NCBI RefSeq assembly: GCF_001457615.1
Contig: NZ_LN831024.1
Location: 5,820,001 to 5,852,000 of the forward strand
Source of the DNA: Pseudomonas aeruginosa
Lineage (GTDB): Bacteria > Pseudomonadota > Gammaproteobacteria > Pseudomonadales > Pseudomonadaceae
DNA: 32,000 nt
Direction: 5' to 3'
Positions within the stretch are counted from its first letter, which is position 1. Each line of letters begins with the position of its first letter. The notes beneath the pieces were generated by a model, which was not told the DNA's origin, searched no databases, and was given only the letters and a program-made list of their open reading frames with translations. The translations under genes were made by a program, and so were the position numbers. Positions 9,304 to 18,703 of this stretch are shown piece after piece.

Positions 9304-10122
9304 ATGTGGTTCCTCCTCGCCACCTCGCTCCTCGCCCTGTCCTTCCAGCGCCTGCTGGCCCTCGTCTTGCTGCTCGCGACCTGCTGTCTCGCCTTCTACG
9401 ACGGGGTTCTCGCTCCGCCTGCGGTCGCCGCCCTGGCTGTACTGGGCGTCCTCGCCCTGTTGCGCCGGCGCCTGGCGGCACGCCGCGCCTGGGCCCTGGG
9501 CCTGGAGCTGCTGCTGGTCGCCGGCGCGGTGGGCCTGTTCCTGCACCTGCTACCCGGCTTCGCCAACCCCAGGATCCTGGACAAGGCGGTGGTCGGCCCG
9601 CAGAGCCTGCCGTTCACCATGTACTTCAACTTCGACAAGGCACTGGTGCCGTTCCTGCTACTGGCCTGCCTGCCGAGCCTGTTCCGCGACGAAGCCCGCG
9701 CTCCCGGCCGCCCCTGGTACTGGCTGCTGCTCGTGGCGGCGGTGCCGGCGCTGCTTCTGCTGGCTGTCGGCGTCGGCCTGCTGCGGCCGGAACTCCACGC
9801 GCCGGCCTGGCTCTGGCAGTTCGTCCTGGCCAACCTGTTCTTCGTTTCCCTTGCCGAGGAAGCGCTGTTCCGCGGCTACCTGCAGCAACGCCTGGGCCAA
9901 TGGCTGGGCCCCTGGCCCGCCCTGGCGCTGGCCTCGGCGCTGTTCGGCCTGGCGCACTTCGCCGGCGGCCCGCTGCTGATGCTGTTCGCCGGCCTCGCCG
10001 GGCTGATCTACGGGTTGGCCTGGCTGTGGAGCGGCCGCCTGTGGGTGGCGACGCTGTTCCACTTCGGGCTGAACCTGACGCATCTGCTGCTGTTCACCTA
10101 CCCGCTCTACAGACCCGCCTGA
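9304..10122 (+). CDS. CPBP family intramembrane metalloprotease (CAAX/Abi type)
   Basis: Multiple TM segments; motifs EEALFRGYL, FGLAHFAGG and LFHFGLN in the order expected for CPBP proteases. Start taken at MWFLLATS. Confidence 0.85.
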   Translation: MWFLLATSLLALSFQRLLALVLLLATCCLAFYDGVLAPPAVAALAVLGVLALLRRRLAARRAWALGLELLLVAGAVGLFLHLLPGFANPRILDKAVVGPQSLPFTMYFNFDKALVPFLLLACLPSLFRDEARAPGRPWYWLLLVAAVPALLLLAVGVGLLRPELHAPAWLWQFVLANLFFVSLAEEALFRGYLQQRLGQWLGPWPALALASALFGLAHFAGGPLLMLFAGLAGLIYGLAWLWSGRLWVATLFHFGLNLTHLLLFTYPLYRPA

Positions 10123-10183
10123 TGCCCGTGGCCTTCGTCGTCGACGACATCCGCCGCTGCCATCCGGCTGAAATACGTGGAAG

Positions 10184-10217
10184 CGCCCCACAGCGCGCGG
10201 TGCGGGGCGTTTTTTTT
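10184..10217 (+). terminator. Intrinsic terminator after the CPBP protease gene
   Basis: CGCCCC...GGGGCG stem followed by 8 T residues. Confidence 0.75.
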
Positions 10218-10271
10218 AACGGCGGCCACGGGCATACTAGGCCGGTCCAATTCCCAGGTGCCCGCCACCCC

Positions 10272-11558
10272 ATGCTCCGCCTCCTTCCTCTCCTGCTATC
10301 CCTCGCCTGTCTCGCTCCGGCCTTCGCCGACGAGCGCGCCGACACCCAACGCCAGCTGGAACAGACGCAGAAGGACATCGGCGAGCTGAAGAAGCTGCTG
10401 GACGGCATCCAGCAGGAAAAGAGCGGCGTGCAGAAGCAGCTGAAGTCCACCGAGACCGAGATGGGCGACCTGGAAAAACAGATCAAGGCCCTGCAGGACG
10501 AGCTGGACAAGAGCGAAGCCGAGCTGAAACGGCTGGATGGGGAGAAAAAAAAACTCCAGGACGCGCGCATTGAGCAGCAGCGCCTCCTCGCCATCCAGGC
10601 CCGCGCGGCCTACCAGAGTGGACGCGAGGAATACCTGAAGCTGCTGCTGAACCAGGAACACCCGGAAAAATTCAGCCGCACCCTCACCTACTACGACTAC
10701 ATCAACAAAGCCCGTCTCGAACAGCTCGCCAGCTTCAACGAAACCCTCCGCCAGTTGGCCAACGTCGAGCAGGACATCTCTGCGCAGAAAGCCGAACAAC
10801 TGAGCAAGCAAGGCGAGCTGGACAGCCGCCGCGAGGCGCTGGCAGCGACCCGCAAGGAGCGCCAGCAAGCCCTGGCCAAGCTGAACAGCGACTACCGCGA
10901 ACGCGACCAGAAGCTCAAGTCCCGCCAACAGGACCAGGCCGAGCTGGCCAAGGTACTGCGGACCATCGAGGAAACCCTGGCCCGCCAGGCCCGCGAAGCC
11001 GCCGCCGCGGCGGAGCGCGAGCGCCAGCGCGCGCTGGCCGCCGAACGCGAGCGTGCGCGCCAGCAGCAGGCCGCCCCCGGACGAGTCACCAGCCCGCCGC
11101 GCGAACCTGCGCCGGGCCCGCTGGTCTCAAGCACTGGCGCGGTCTACGGCGGCGCGTTCGGCTCGGCCCGCGGCAAGCTGCCGTGGCCGGTGAATGGCCG
11201 CGTCGTGGCGCGCTTCGGCAGCCAGCGCGGCGACGATCCGCGGGCGAAATGGGACGGCGTACTGATTTCGGCGAGCGCCGGCAGCACCGTCCGCGCGGTG
11301 CACGGCGGACGCGTGGTATTCGCCGACTGGTTGCGCGGAGCCGGCCTGTTGGTCATCCTCGACCACGGTGGCGGCTACCTCAGCCTTTATGGCCATAATC
11401 AAAGCCTGCTGAAAGACGCCGGCGACACCGTGAAGGCCGGAGACCCGATCGCCACCGTTGGAACCAGCGGCGGCCAGAGTAGCCCGGCCGTGTACTTCGC
11501 CATTCGCCATCAGGGCCGCCCGGCGGACCCTACTACCTGGTGCCGCGCACAGGGATAG
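10272..11558 (+). CDS. EnvC-like murein hydrolase activator (coiled coil plus LytM/M23 domain)
   Basis: Signal peptide MLRLLPLLLSLACLAPAFA, long coiled coil, C-terminal LytM domain LPWPVNGRVVARFG...GYLSLYGHNQSLLKDAGDTVKAGDPIATVG. Confidence 0.92.
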   Translation: MLRLLPLLLSLACLAPAFADERADTQRQLEQTQKDIGELKKLLDGIQQEKSGVQKQLKSTETEMGDLEKQIKALQDELDKSEAELKRLDGEKKKLQDARIEQQRLLAIQARAAYQSGREEYLKLLLNQEHPEKFSRTLTYYDYINKARLEQLASFNETLRQLANVEQDISAQKAEQLSKQGELDSRREALAATRKERQQALAKLNSDYRERDQKLKSRQQDQAELAKVLRTIEETLARQAREAAAAAERERQRALAAERERARQQQAAPGRVTSPPREPAPGPLVSSTGAVYGGAFGSARGKLPWPVNGRVVARFGSQRGDDPRAKWDGVLISASAGSTVRAVHGGRVVFADWLRGAGLLVILDHGGGYLSLYGHNQSLLKDAGDTVKAGDPIATVGTSGGQSSPAVYFAIRHQGRPADPTTWCRAQG

Positions 11559-11586
11559 GCGCCGAACTCGTGATTAGGAGCTGAAC

Positions 11587-12897
11587 ATGCTGCATTGCTT
11601 CCGTCCCACCACCCTGGCGCTGGCCCTGCTGCTCGGCGCGGGCGCGGCCCAGGCTGCCGACGCCCCGGCCGACGCCGCGCCACTGGCCAACGGTAGCAGT
11701 GCCCCGCTGCCCCTCGACGAGCTGCGTACCTTCGCCGAGGTTCTCGACCGGGTGAAGGCCGCCTATGTCGAGCCAGTGGACGACAAGACCCTGCTGGAGA
11801 ACGCCATCAAGGGCATGCTCAGCAACCTCGACCCGCACTCCGCCTACCTCGGCCCGGAGGACTTCGCCGAGCTGCAGGAAAGCACCAGCGGCGAGTTCGG
11901 CGGCCTGGGCATCGAGGTCGGCAGCGAAGACGGCTTCATCAAGGTGGTCTCGCCGATCGACGACACCCCCGCGGCCCGCGCCGGCATCCAGCCCGGCGAC
12001 CTGATCGTGCAGATCGACGGCAAGCCGACCAAGGGCCAGTCGATGACCGAAGCGGTCGACAGCATGCGCGGCAAGGCCGGCTCCCCGATCACCCTGACCA
12101 TCGTCCGAGATGGCGGCAGACCGTTCGACGTCGAACTCAAGCGCGCCATCATCAAGGTCAAGAGTGTCAAGAGCCAGGTCCTCGAACCCGGCTACGCCTA
12201 CCTGCGCATCACCCAGTTCCAGGTCAACACCGGCGAGGAAGTGGTCAAGGCGCTGAACCAGCTGCGCAAGGACAACAAGGGCCGTCTCAAGGGCCTGGTC
12301 CTGGACCTGCGCAACAACCCCGGCGGCGTGCTGCAGTCCGCCGTCGAGGTAGCCGACGCCTTCCTCACCAAGGGCCTGATCGTCTACACCAAGGGCCGCA
12401 TCGCCAACTCCGAGCTGCGCTTCAGCGCCGACCCGGCCGATCCCAGCGACAAGGTTCCGCTGGTGGTGCTGATCAACGGTGGCAGCGCCTCGGCGGCGGA
12501 AATCGTCGCCGGTGCCCTGCAGGACCAGAAGCGCGCGATCCTGATGGGCACCGACAGCTTCGGCAAGGGCTCGGTGCAGACCGTGCTGCCGCTGAACAAC
12601 GACCGCGCCCTGAAGCTCACCACCGCGCTCTACTACACCCCCAACGGGCGCTCCATCCAGGCCCAGGGCATCGTTCCGGACATCGAAGTCGGACGCGCCA
12701 AGGTGACCCAGGAGCGGAGCAGCTTCGAGGGCTTCAAGGAAGCCGACCTGCAGGGCCACCTGGCCAACGGCAACGGCGGTGCCGACCGCCCCACCGGCAA
12801 GCGTGCCGCGCCGAGCGAGCGCCCGCAGGATTCCGACTACCAGCTCAGCCAGGCCCTTAGCCTGCTGAAAGGCCTGAGCGTCACCCGCGGCAACTGA
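11587..12897 (+). CDS. ctpA: Carboxyl-terminal processing protease, S41 family
   Basis: 436 aa; PDZ domain GLGIEVGSEDGFIKVVSPIDDTPAARAG; catalytic VVLINGGSASAAEIVAGALQD...GTDSFGKGSVQT. Confidence 0.94.
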   Translation: MLHCFRPTTLALALLLGAGAAQAADAPADAAPLANGSSAPLPLDELRTFAEVLDRVKAAYVEPVDDKTLLENAIKGMLSNLDPHSAYLGPEDFAELQESTSGEFGGLGIEVGSEDGFIKVVSPIDDTPAARAGIQPGDLIVQIDGKPTKGQSMTEAVDSMRGKAGSPITLTIVRDGGRPFDVELKRAIIKVKSVKSQVLEPGYAYLRITQFQVNTGEEVVKALNQLRKDNKGRLKGLVLDLRNNPGGVLQSAVEVADAFLTKGLIVYTKGRIANSELRFSADPADPSDKVPLVVLINGGSASAAEIVAGALQDQKRAILMGTDSFGKGSVQTVLPLNNDRALKLTTALYYTPNGRSIQAQGIVPDIEVGRAKVTQERSSFEGFKEADLQGHLANGNGGADRPTGKRAAPSERPQDSDYQLSQALSLLKGLSVTRGN

Positions 12898-13670
12898 TGT
12901 CGGCGTTTCGCGTTGCCCTGCTGGGCCTGTGCCTGCTGTTCAACCAGGCCCAGGCCCGCCAGGACCCCGCCCCCTACCAGCGCCCGCCGCTGCTGACCGT
13001 GGTCATCGATGACCTCGGGCAGAACCTGGCGCGCGACCGCCGGGTCCTCGACCTGCCCCCCGGCGTAACCCTGGCGATCATCCCGGAAACCCCGCATGCC
13101 GCCGAACTGGCCCGCGAGGCGCACCAGCGCGGGCGCACGGTGATCCTGCACATGCCGATGGACCCGGCCGGCGGTCCCTACGCCTGGCGGCCGGAGCTGA
13201 CCCAGGAAGAGCGTGCGCGGCGGCTGGACGCGGCGCTGGCCAAGGTGCCGTTCGTGCAAGGCCTGAACAACCACGAGGGCAGCCGCATGACCGCGGTGCG
13301 CCCGGCGATGGCCTGGCTCGCCGAGGAACTCCAGCGTCGCGGCCTGTACCTGGTCGACAGCCGCACCAGCGCCGCCACCGTGGCCGCCAGCGAGGCGCAG
13401 CGGATCGGCCTGGCGAGCGTCTCGCGCGATGTGTTCCTCGACAACGAAGCCACACCGGAAGCGGTCTCCGCACAACTGCAGGCCGGCGTCGCCCTGGCCC
13501 GCAAGCAGGGTTCGGCGTTGCTCATCGGCCACCCGCACAAGGCCACCCTCGACGTGCTGGCGCGGGAGCTGCCGAAGCTGCGCGCCCAGGGCATCGAGCT
13601 GGTACCGCCGCAGATGCTCATCGGCGAGCGCGGCAACCGCAACGTCAACCCACGCCAGGCGCCGCACTGA
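12897..13670 (+). CDS. Divergent polysaccharide deacetylase family protein (YibQ-like)
   Basis: 257 aa; signal peptide, LLTVVIDDLGQNLARDRRVLDLPPGVTLAIIPETPHA, LHMPMDP, LIGHPHKATLDVL; overlaps the ctpA stop. Confidence 0.88.
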   Translation: MSAFRVALLGLCLLFNQAQARQDPAPYQRPPLLTVVIDDLGQNLARDRRVLDLPPGVTLAIIPETPHAAELAREAHQRGRTVILHMPMDPAGGPYAWRPELTQEERARRLDAALAKVPFVQGLNNHEGSRMTAVRPAMAWLAEELQRRGLYLVDSRTSAATVAASEAQRIGLASVSRDVFLDNEATPEAVSAQLQAGVALARKQGSALLIGHPHKATLDVLARELPKLRAQGIELVPPQMLIGERGNRNVNPRQAPH

Positions 13671-13738
13671 AGCCGGGTTTACCGGCGTCGCGGCAGCGGT
13701 TAAGGTGACGTCCTCGTCATTCCTGCACGGACGCACCG

Positions 13739-15220
13739 ATGGCCCGCCCTTCCCCTCCCATGCCCCTGCTCGCCGCCGCCCTGCTGGTCGCAGGCGCGAT
13801 TCCCCTCGGTTTCATCTGGATCCTCACCAGCGCCAAGTTCGAGATAGGCGGCGCCAGCCCCGGCGAGAGCACCGTCGGCAAGGTCGAGAACATCGACCAG
13901 CGCGCCATGGAGCAATTCTGCACCGGCGTGCGGGCGACGCCCGCCGGCACCTGGCTGGTAGGCCGGCGCGAGGTCGGCCGCGACGAGCAGGCTCTGCCCG
14001 AGGGCGTCATCGACCTGGACCTGGTGGCGGCCGCCCAGCCCAGGGAAGAAGAGTCCGAACCCCACCTCTTCAACTTCCTCAACGGCATGCTGCTATCCGG
14101 CGGCGATCCGGAAACCACCTATGTCTCGCGCCTGGGCGCGGACGGCGTGTTCCACGAAGTGGCGCGGCTCGGCGAGACCGCCTGCCTGGAAGTCACGCCG
14201 GACGGTTCCAGCGTCTTCCTGCTCACCGGCCTGCGGCGCCCGGGCAAGGACAACGGTCAGCGCGAGCAGACAGTGGTGCTGCGCAGCGACGACCAGGGCA
14301 AGAGCTGGCGGCGGCTCGAGGAAGGCTTCATGGCCGAGGCGAATCGACTGGGCTGGGCTCTCGCACCGCGCTTCCACGGCAAGGACGAAGTCTGGGTCTG
14401 GGGTGATTTCGAATACGGCGGTGCCGATGGCGGCCGGGAACCCGGCCAGCCGAGCGGGCTGTTCTATTCGCCCGACCGCGGCGCCAGTGTCGAGTCGATC
14501 GCCACCTCCGCGCCGCTGCTGGTCGACCTCGCCTACGCCCGCGAGTTGGCGCCGAACGGCGTCAGCTGGGGCGACTACAACGGCAAGCACGGGCAGATCA
14601 AGGCACACGTCGCTCAACTGGACGCGGAGCGTGCCGCGATCTGGGTAAGCCAGACCTTCCGCTATGGCCCGCCCGAGGGGCGCTACCTGACCAGCTCGAT
14701 ATTGGTCACCACCCAGGCCGAACTGCGCCGCGAGGGCGGACGCTGGCGGATGGGCGCGATCCGGCGCACCGACGGCGTGGCCGTCGAGCGCCTGGAACAG
14801 AACACGGACGGTCGGGTTATCGCAGTGCTCGATCACCCGGACGAATCGCGCTCGCTGATCGCCGAGCTCGATCGCGACGCGCTCGAATGGAAGATCACCG
14901 GCAAGCTGCCCAGCCCGTTCTGGCCCCTGCCGTCCAGTTCCGGGCTGCGCGAGTTCTACATGGGCAGGAATGTGCTGCTGGCCAACACCATGAGCCACTA
15001 CGAAGTGCCGCTGTGGCTGTATCCCGACGAGGAGCCGGCGAGCGTCTCCGCCAACGCGGTGTACTACTCGGACGACTGGGGCTCATCCTGGCGCCGCCTG
15101 GACATCGCCGGCTACCTCGGCGTGCTCGGCTTCGACGAGGCGCACGACCGGGTGTTCTGGGCCCGCGGCAACTGGTACGACAGCCGCGACCTCGGCGTCC
15201 AGGCCTACGACCTGGACTGA
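13739..15220 (+). CDS. Large exported/membrane-anchored protein, possibly sialidase/beta-propeller-like
   Basis: 493 aa ORF with N-terminal TM segment and repeated SxDxGxSWR-like motifs (LRSDDQGKSWRRLEEGF, YYSDDWGSSWRRLDIAGY), reminiscent of BNR/Asp-box repeats. Confidence 0.75.
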   Translation: MARPSPPMPLLAAALLVAGAIPLGFIWILTSAKFEIGGASPGESTVGKVENIDQRAMEQFCTGVRATPAGTWLVGRREVGRDEQALPEGVIDLDLVAAAQPREEESEPHLFNFLNGMLLSGGDPETTYVSRLGADGVFHEVARLGETACLEVTPDGSSVFLLTGLRRPGKDNGQREQTVVLRSDDQGKSWRRLEEGFMAEANRLGWALAPRFHGKDEVWVWGDFEYGGADGGREPGQPSGLFYSPDRGASVESIATSAPLLVDLAYARELAPNGVSWGDYNGKHGQIKAHVAQLDAERAAIWVSQTFRYGPPEGRYLTSSILVTTQAELRREGGRWRMGAIRRTDGVAVERLEQNTDGRVIAVLDHPDESRSLIAELDRDALEWKITGKLPSPFWPLPSSSGLREFYMGRNVLLANTMSHYEVPLWLYPDEEPASVSANAVYYSDDWGSSWRRLDIAGYLGVLGFDEAHDRVFWARGNWYDSRDLGVQAYDLD

Positions 15221-15256
15221 GCCCCCTCGCCGCGCCGGCGGAGGGGCGCCCGCCAG

Positions 15257-16012
15257 TCAGAGGTAGTTGGCGACGGCTTCGTCGACGAAGCCTTCCTGGC
15301 GCATCTGCTCCAGGGCCTTTTGCAGGCGCTCCACCACCTCGTCCGGAGTGTCCTTGTTCAACGCCAGGTAGAGCTTGGCCTCGTTGAAACGCAGCACCGT
15401 CTGCAGGCCGGACACGCCTTCCTGCTTGGCCAGGTAGCGGCCGACCGGATCGGTGGTGGCCCACAGGTCGATCTGCCCGCCGGTAAGCTTCTTCACGTTT
15501 TCCTGGTCGCGCAGGGCGTTGATCACCGGGATGCCCTGGGCCTCCAGGTGCTGGCTGACCGCGTCGTTCTTGTAGGCGCCGAGCTTGTAGCGGGCGGCGT
15601 CCTTGAGATTCTTCACGGCGATCTTGCTGCCGGCCGGCGCCAGCAACACCCAACTGGTGTCGGCCAGCGGGCCGACCCACTTGAACTGCGGCACCCGCTC
15701 GGGGGTGTAGGTCATGGAGAACAGCCCGTAGCCGGGCTTGTCCAGGGTCAACCGGTACAGGCGGTCCCAGGGGAAGCGCAGGCTCAGGGAATAGCCGATG
15801 CCGGCGCGCCTGAACATCTCCCGGACGATGTCGGCACTGATGCCGTCGATGCCATCGTCGCGGGCGAAGTTCTTGTCGTCCACCGCCATGTTGAAGGGCG
15901 GGAAGTTCTCGGTCAGCAGCACCACCTTGTAGTCGGCGGGCAATTCGGCACGGGCCGCGGAGGCCCCCAGCAACACCCCCAGGATCAGGGTCTGGATCAG
16001 GACTTTCAGCAT
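15257..16012 (-). CDS. Periplasmic solute-binding protein, SBP_bac_3 family (orphan SBP 1)
   Basis: MLKVLIQTLILGVLLGASAARAELPADYKVVLLTENFPPFNMAVDDKNF...GIDGISADIVREMFRRAG...LRFPWDR. Confidence 0.88.
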   Translation of the reverse strand: MLKVLIQTLILGVLLGASAARAELPADYKVVLLTENFPPFNMAVDDKNFARDDGIDGISADIVREMFRRAGIGYSLSLRFPWDRLYRLTLDKPGYGLFSMTYTPERVPQFKWVGPLADTSWVLLAPAGSKIAVKNLKDAARYKLGAYKNDAVSQHLEAQGIPVINALRDQENVKKLTGGQIDLWATTDPVGRYLAKQEGVSGLQTVLRFNEAKLYLALNKDTPDEVVERLQKALEQMRQEGFVDEAVANYL

Positions 16013-16161
16013 GGTCACACCGCTCGCTTGGTTATCGTTATTGGCTAGCGGCATCCCTGCGTCAGGACGAAATACCTGGCTCGTCGGCCTTCCATGGCAT
16101 TGCCGGCGGGGCCGGCAAAGGCGTTTCCCCGCCCGGCCCCCTGTTGGCCGGACGGAGCGAA

Positions 16162-16923
16162 TCAGAGATAGCTGTTGAGGATGTCCTCGACGAAACCTTC
16201 CTTGCGCATGCCGTCCAGGGCTGCCTGGAGCTTCTGCACCACTTCGTCGGGAGTCTCGCGGTTGAGCGCCAGGTACAGCTGGTCGCTGTTGAAGCGCAGC
16301 ACCGTCTTCAGGCCGGTCACGCCTTCCTGCTTGGCCAGGTAGCGCCCGGCGGGATCGCCGCTGGCCCAGAGGTCGATCTGGCCCTTGACCAGCTTCTGCG
16401 CGTTTTCCTGGTCGCGTAGCGCCAGGTCGGCCTCGAAACCGTTCTTGCCGAGGAACTCGGCGATGGCATCGCCCTTGTAGGCGCCGATCCGGTATTTCTT
16501 CGCCTCGTCCAGGCTGCCCAGGGTGATCGGGCTGTCGCCCTTGGCCAGCAGCACCCAGTCGTCCGGGCCGATCGGACCAACCCACTTGAACTTGTCCTCG
16601 CGCTCGGCCAGGCGGGCGGTGACGAACACCCCGTAGCCGGGCTTCTCCAGCGCCAGCTTGTAGATGCGGTCCCAGGGGAAACGCAGGGTCAGGCTGTACT
16701 TGATGCCGGCGCGCTTGAACATCTCGCGGACGATATCCACGGCGATGCCGTCGATGTTGTCTTCCTGGGCGAAGTTCTTGCCGTTGATCGCCATGTTGTA
16801 CGGCGGGAAGTTCTCCGTGAGCAGGACCATGCTGTAGTCGGGATCGGTTTCGGCGCGCGCGCCGCCGACCAGCAGCAGGGTTGCGAGCAGCGCGAAGAGC
16901 AGGCTTCTTTGCATTGTTGTCAT
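16162..16923 (-). CDS. Periplasmic solute-binding protein, SBP_bac_3 family (orphan SBP 2)
   Basis: 253 aa; VLLTENFPPYNMAINGKNFAQEDNIDGIAVDIVREMFKRAGIKYSLTLRFPWDR; paralogue of neighbours. Confidence 0.88.
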   Translation of the reverse strand: MTTMQRSLLFALLATLLLVGGARAETDPDYSMVLLTENFPPYNMAINGKNFAQEDNIDGIAVDIVREMFKRAGIKYSLTLRFPWDRIYKLALEKPGYGVFVTARLAEREDKFKWVGPIGPDDWVLLAKGDSPITLGSLDEAKKYRIGAYKGDAIAEFLGKNGFEADLALRDQENAQKLVKGQIDLWASGDPAGRYLAKQEGVTGLKTVLRFNSDQLYLALNRETPDEVVQKLQAALDGMRKEGFVEDILNSYL

Positions 16924-17004
16924 CCTGTCAGGGGCCTGGAGCGAGGCAGAATAACCAGCGCCGCGCCGCCAGGCCAGCCTTTTGCCAGCATCGCCGGCGA
17001 GGCG

Positions 17005-17751
17005 TCAGTAGCGCTCGCGGATCTGCTTCAACAAGCCTTCGCTGCGCAGCGCGTCGACCGCCGTTTGCAACTTCTGCACCAGCTCGTCCGGGGTGTCCTT
17101 GTTCAGCGCCAGGAACAGCTCGGCGGTATGGAAACGCTGGACCACCTTCACCTCCTTGAGGCCCTCGCGCTGGGCGACGTAGCGCCCGCTCGGATCGGCG
17201 GTGACCCAGAGATCGATCTGCCCACTGGCCAGCTTGTCGACGTTCTCGTTGTCGCGCAGCGCCAGTTGCACCTGCAGGCCGCGGTCGACCAGGTGCTGAC
17301 TGATGGCGTCGTTCTTGTAGCCGCCGATCCGGTAGCGCGCGGCGTCTTCCAGGCTGTTCAGGTGGATGCTGCTGTCGCCGCGAGCCATCAGTACCCAGTC
17401 GTTGACCGCCAGCGGGCCGACCCACTTGAACTTGTCCTCGCGCTCCGGCGTACGGGCGGTGGAAAACACGCCATAGCCGGGCTCGCTCAGCGCCTGCTGG
17501 TAGACCCGGTCCCAGGGGAAGCGCAGGATCAGCTGGCACTCGATCTGCGCGCGCTCGCAGGCGGCGCGCACGGTATCGGTGCTGATGCCGCTGATGCCAT
17601 CGTCCTTGGCGTAGTTGCCGCCGTTCACCGCCATGTTGAACGGCACCAGGTTCTCGGTCAGCAGGACCAGGGTTTCGGCGCGCGCCAGGGCGCTAGCGCA
17701 TAGCAGGGCCAGGCTGCCGACGCAGCCGAGAGCCAGACGGAAGATGGACAT
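17005..17751 (-). CDS. Periplasmic solute-binding protein, SBP_bac_3 family (orphan SBP 3)
   Basis: Start at MSIFRLALGCVGSLALLCASALA; VLLTENLVPFNMAVNGGNYAKDDGISGISTDTVRAACERAQIECQLILRFPWDR. Confidence 0.87.
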   Translation of the reverse strand: MSIFRLALGCVGSLALLCASALARAETLVLLTENLVPFNMAVNGGNYAKDDGISGISTDTVRAACERAQIECQLILRFPWDRVYQQALSEPGYGVFSTARTPEREDKFKWVGPLAVNDWVLMARGDSSIHLNSLEDAARYRIGGYKNDAISQHLVDRGLQVQLALRDNENVDKLASGQIDLWVTADPSGRYVAQREGLKEVKVVQRFHTAELFLALNKDTPDELVQKLQTAVDALRSEGLLKQIRERY

Positions 17752-17839
17752 GGAGGACTCCCTGTCGGTCGCAATGTTTGTCGTTATGGCAGGGCATCGG
17801 CGCTCTAGCGGCACCTGATGCGGGGGGCGTGACTGTACC

Positions 17840-17871
17840 TGAAAGAAAGCCGCGCGAGTGTCGACTCGCGC
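17840..17871 (-). terminator. Probable terminator of the hisF end of the his cluster (minus strand)
   Basis: GCGCGAGT-GTCG-ACTCGCGC hairpin; on the minus strand it is followed by GGCTTTCTTTC. Confidence 0.55.
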
Positions 17872-17922
17872 TCAGGAATGGCTAGCCGATCACCGGCCCT
17901 GTGCGCTGCGGCGCAACGCGCC

Positions 17923-18693
17923 TCAGCGCACCACGATACCGCGGCTGGCCAGGTAGGCCTTGGCTTCCGGCACGGTGTACTCGCCGAAGTGGAAGATGCT
18001 CGCCGCGAGCACCGCGTCGGCCTTGCCCTCGAGGATGCCGGCGGCCAGATGCTCCAGGTTGCCGACGCCGCCGGAAGCGATCACCGGCACGTTCACCGCC
18101 TCGCTGATGGCGCGGGTCACGCCCAGGTCGTAACCGCTCTTCACGCCGTCCTGGTCCATGCTGGTCAGGAGAATCTCGCCAGCGCCCAGGTCTTCCATCT
18201 TCTTCGCCCAGAGCACGGCATCCAGCCCGGTGGGCTTGCGCCCGCCATGGGTGAAGATTTCCCAGCGCGGCGCCTCGCCCGGGGCGGAAACCTTCTTCGC
18301 GTCGATGGCGACCACGATGCACTGCGAGCCGAAGCGGTCGGCGGCCTCGCCGACGAACTCGGGGTTGAACACCGCGGCGGTGTTGATCGAGACCTTGTCC
18401 GCGCCGGCATTCAACAGGTTGCGGATGTCCTGCACGCTGCGTACGCCGCCGCCCACGGTCAGCGGAATGAACACCTGGCTAGCCATGCGCTCGACGGTAT
18501 GCAGGGTGGTGTCGCGCCCGTCGACGCTGGCGGTGATATCGAGGAAGGTGATCTCGTCGGCACCCTGCTCATCGTAGCGGCGAGCGATCTCGACCGGGTC
18601 GCCGGCGTCGCGGATGTTCTCGAACTTGACGCCCTTGACCACTCGGCCGTTGTCCACGTCGAGGCAGGGGATGATGCGTTTTGCCAGTGCCAT
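17923..18693 (-). CDS. hisF: Imidazole glycerol phosphate synthase subunit HisF
   Basis: 256 aa; [56 protein letters not shown]. Confidence 0.96.
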   Translation of the reverse strand: MALAKRIIPCLDVDNGRVVKGVKFENIRDAGDPVEIARRYDEQGADEITFLDITASVDGRDTTLHTVERMASQVFIPLTVGGGVRSVQDIRNLLNAGADKVSINTAAVFNPEFVGEAADRFGSQCIVVAIDAKKVSAPGEAPRWEIFTHGGRKPTGLDAVLWAKKMEDLGAGEILLTSMDQDGVKSGYDLGVTRAISEAVNVPVIASGGVGNLEHLAAGILEGKADAVLAASIFHFGEYTVPEAKAYLASRGIVVR

Positions 18694-18703
18694 GCGGTTC
18701 GCC

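Noticed and set aside
9304-10122. CPBP (Abi-like) protease as a phage abortive-infection gene
   Set aside because: Family name only; the context is a conserved envelope gene cluster with no defence partners.
9189-10271. N-terminal ~360 aa of the 789-aa ORF 9189..11558
   Set aside because: Out of frame with the real CPBP protease gene; the true EnvC-like start is the ATG at 10272 followed by a signal peptide.
11533-12759. 408-aa minus-strand ORF antisense to ctpA
   Set aside because: Overlaps fully conserved S41 protease gene; no motifs.
15222-15246. Hairpin CCCCTC-GCCG-CGC-CGGC-G-GAGGGG between convergent genes as an intrinsic terminator
   Set aside because: Stable stem but no T tract on either strand; too weak to call a terminator.
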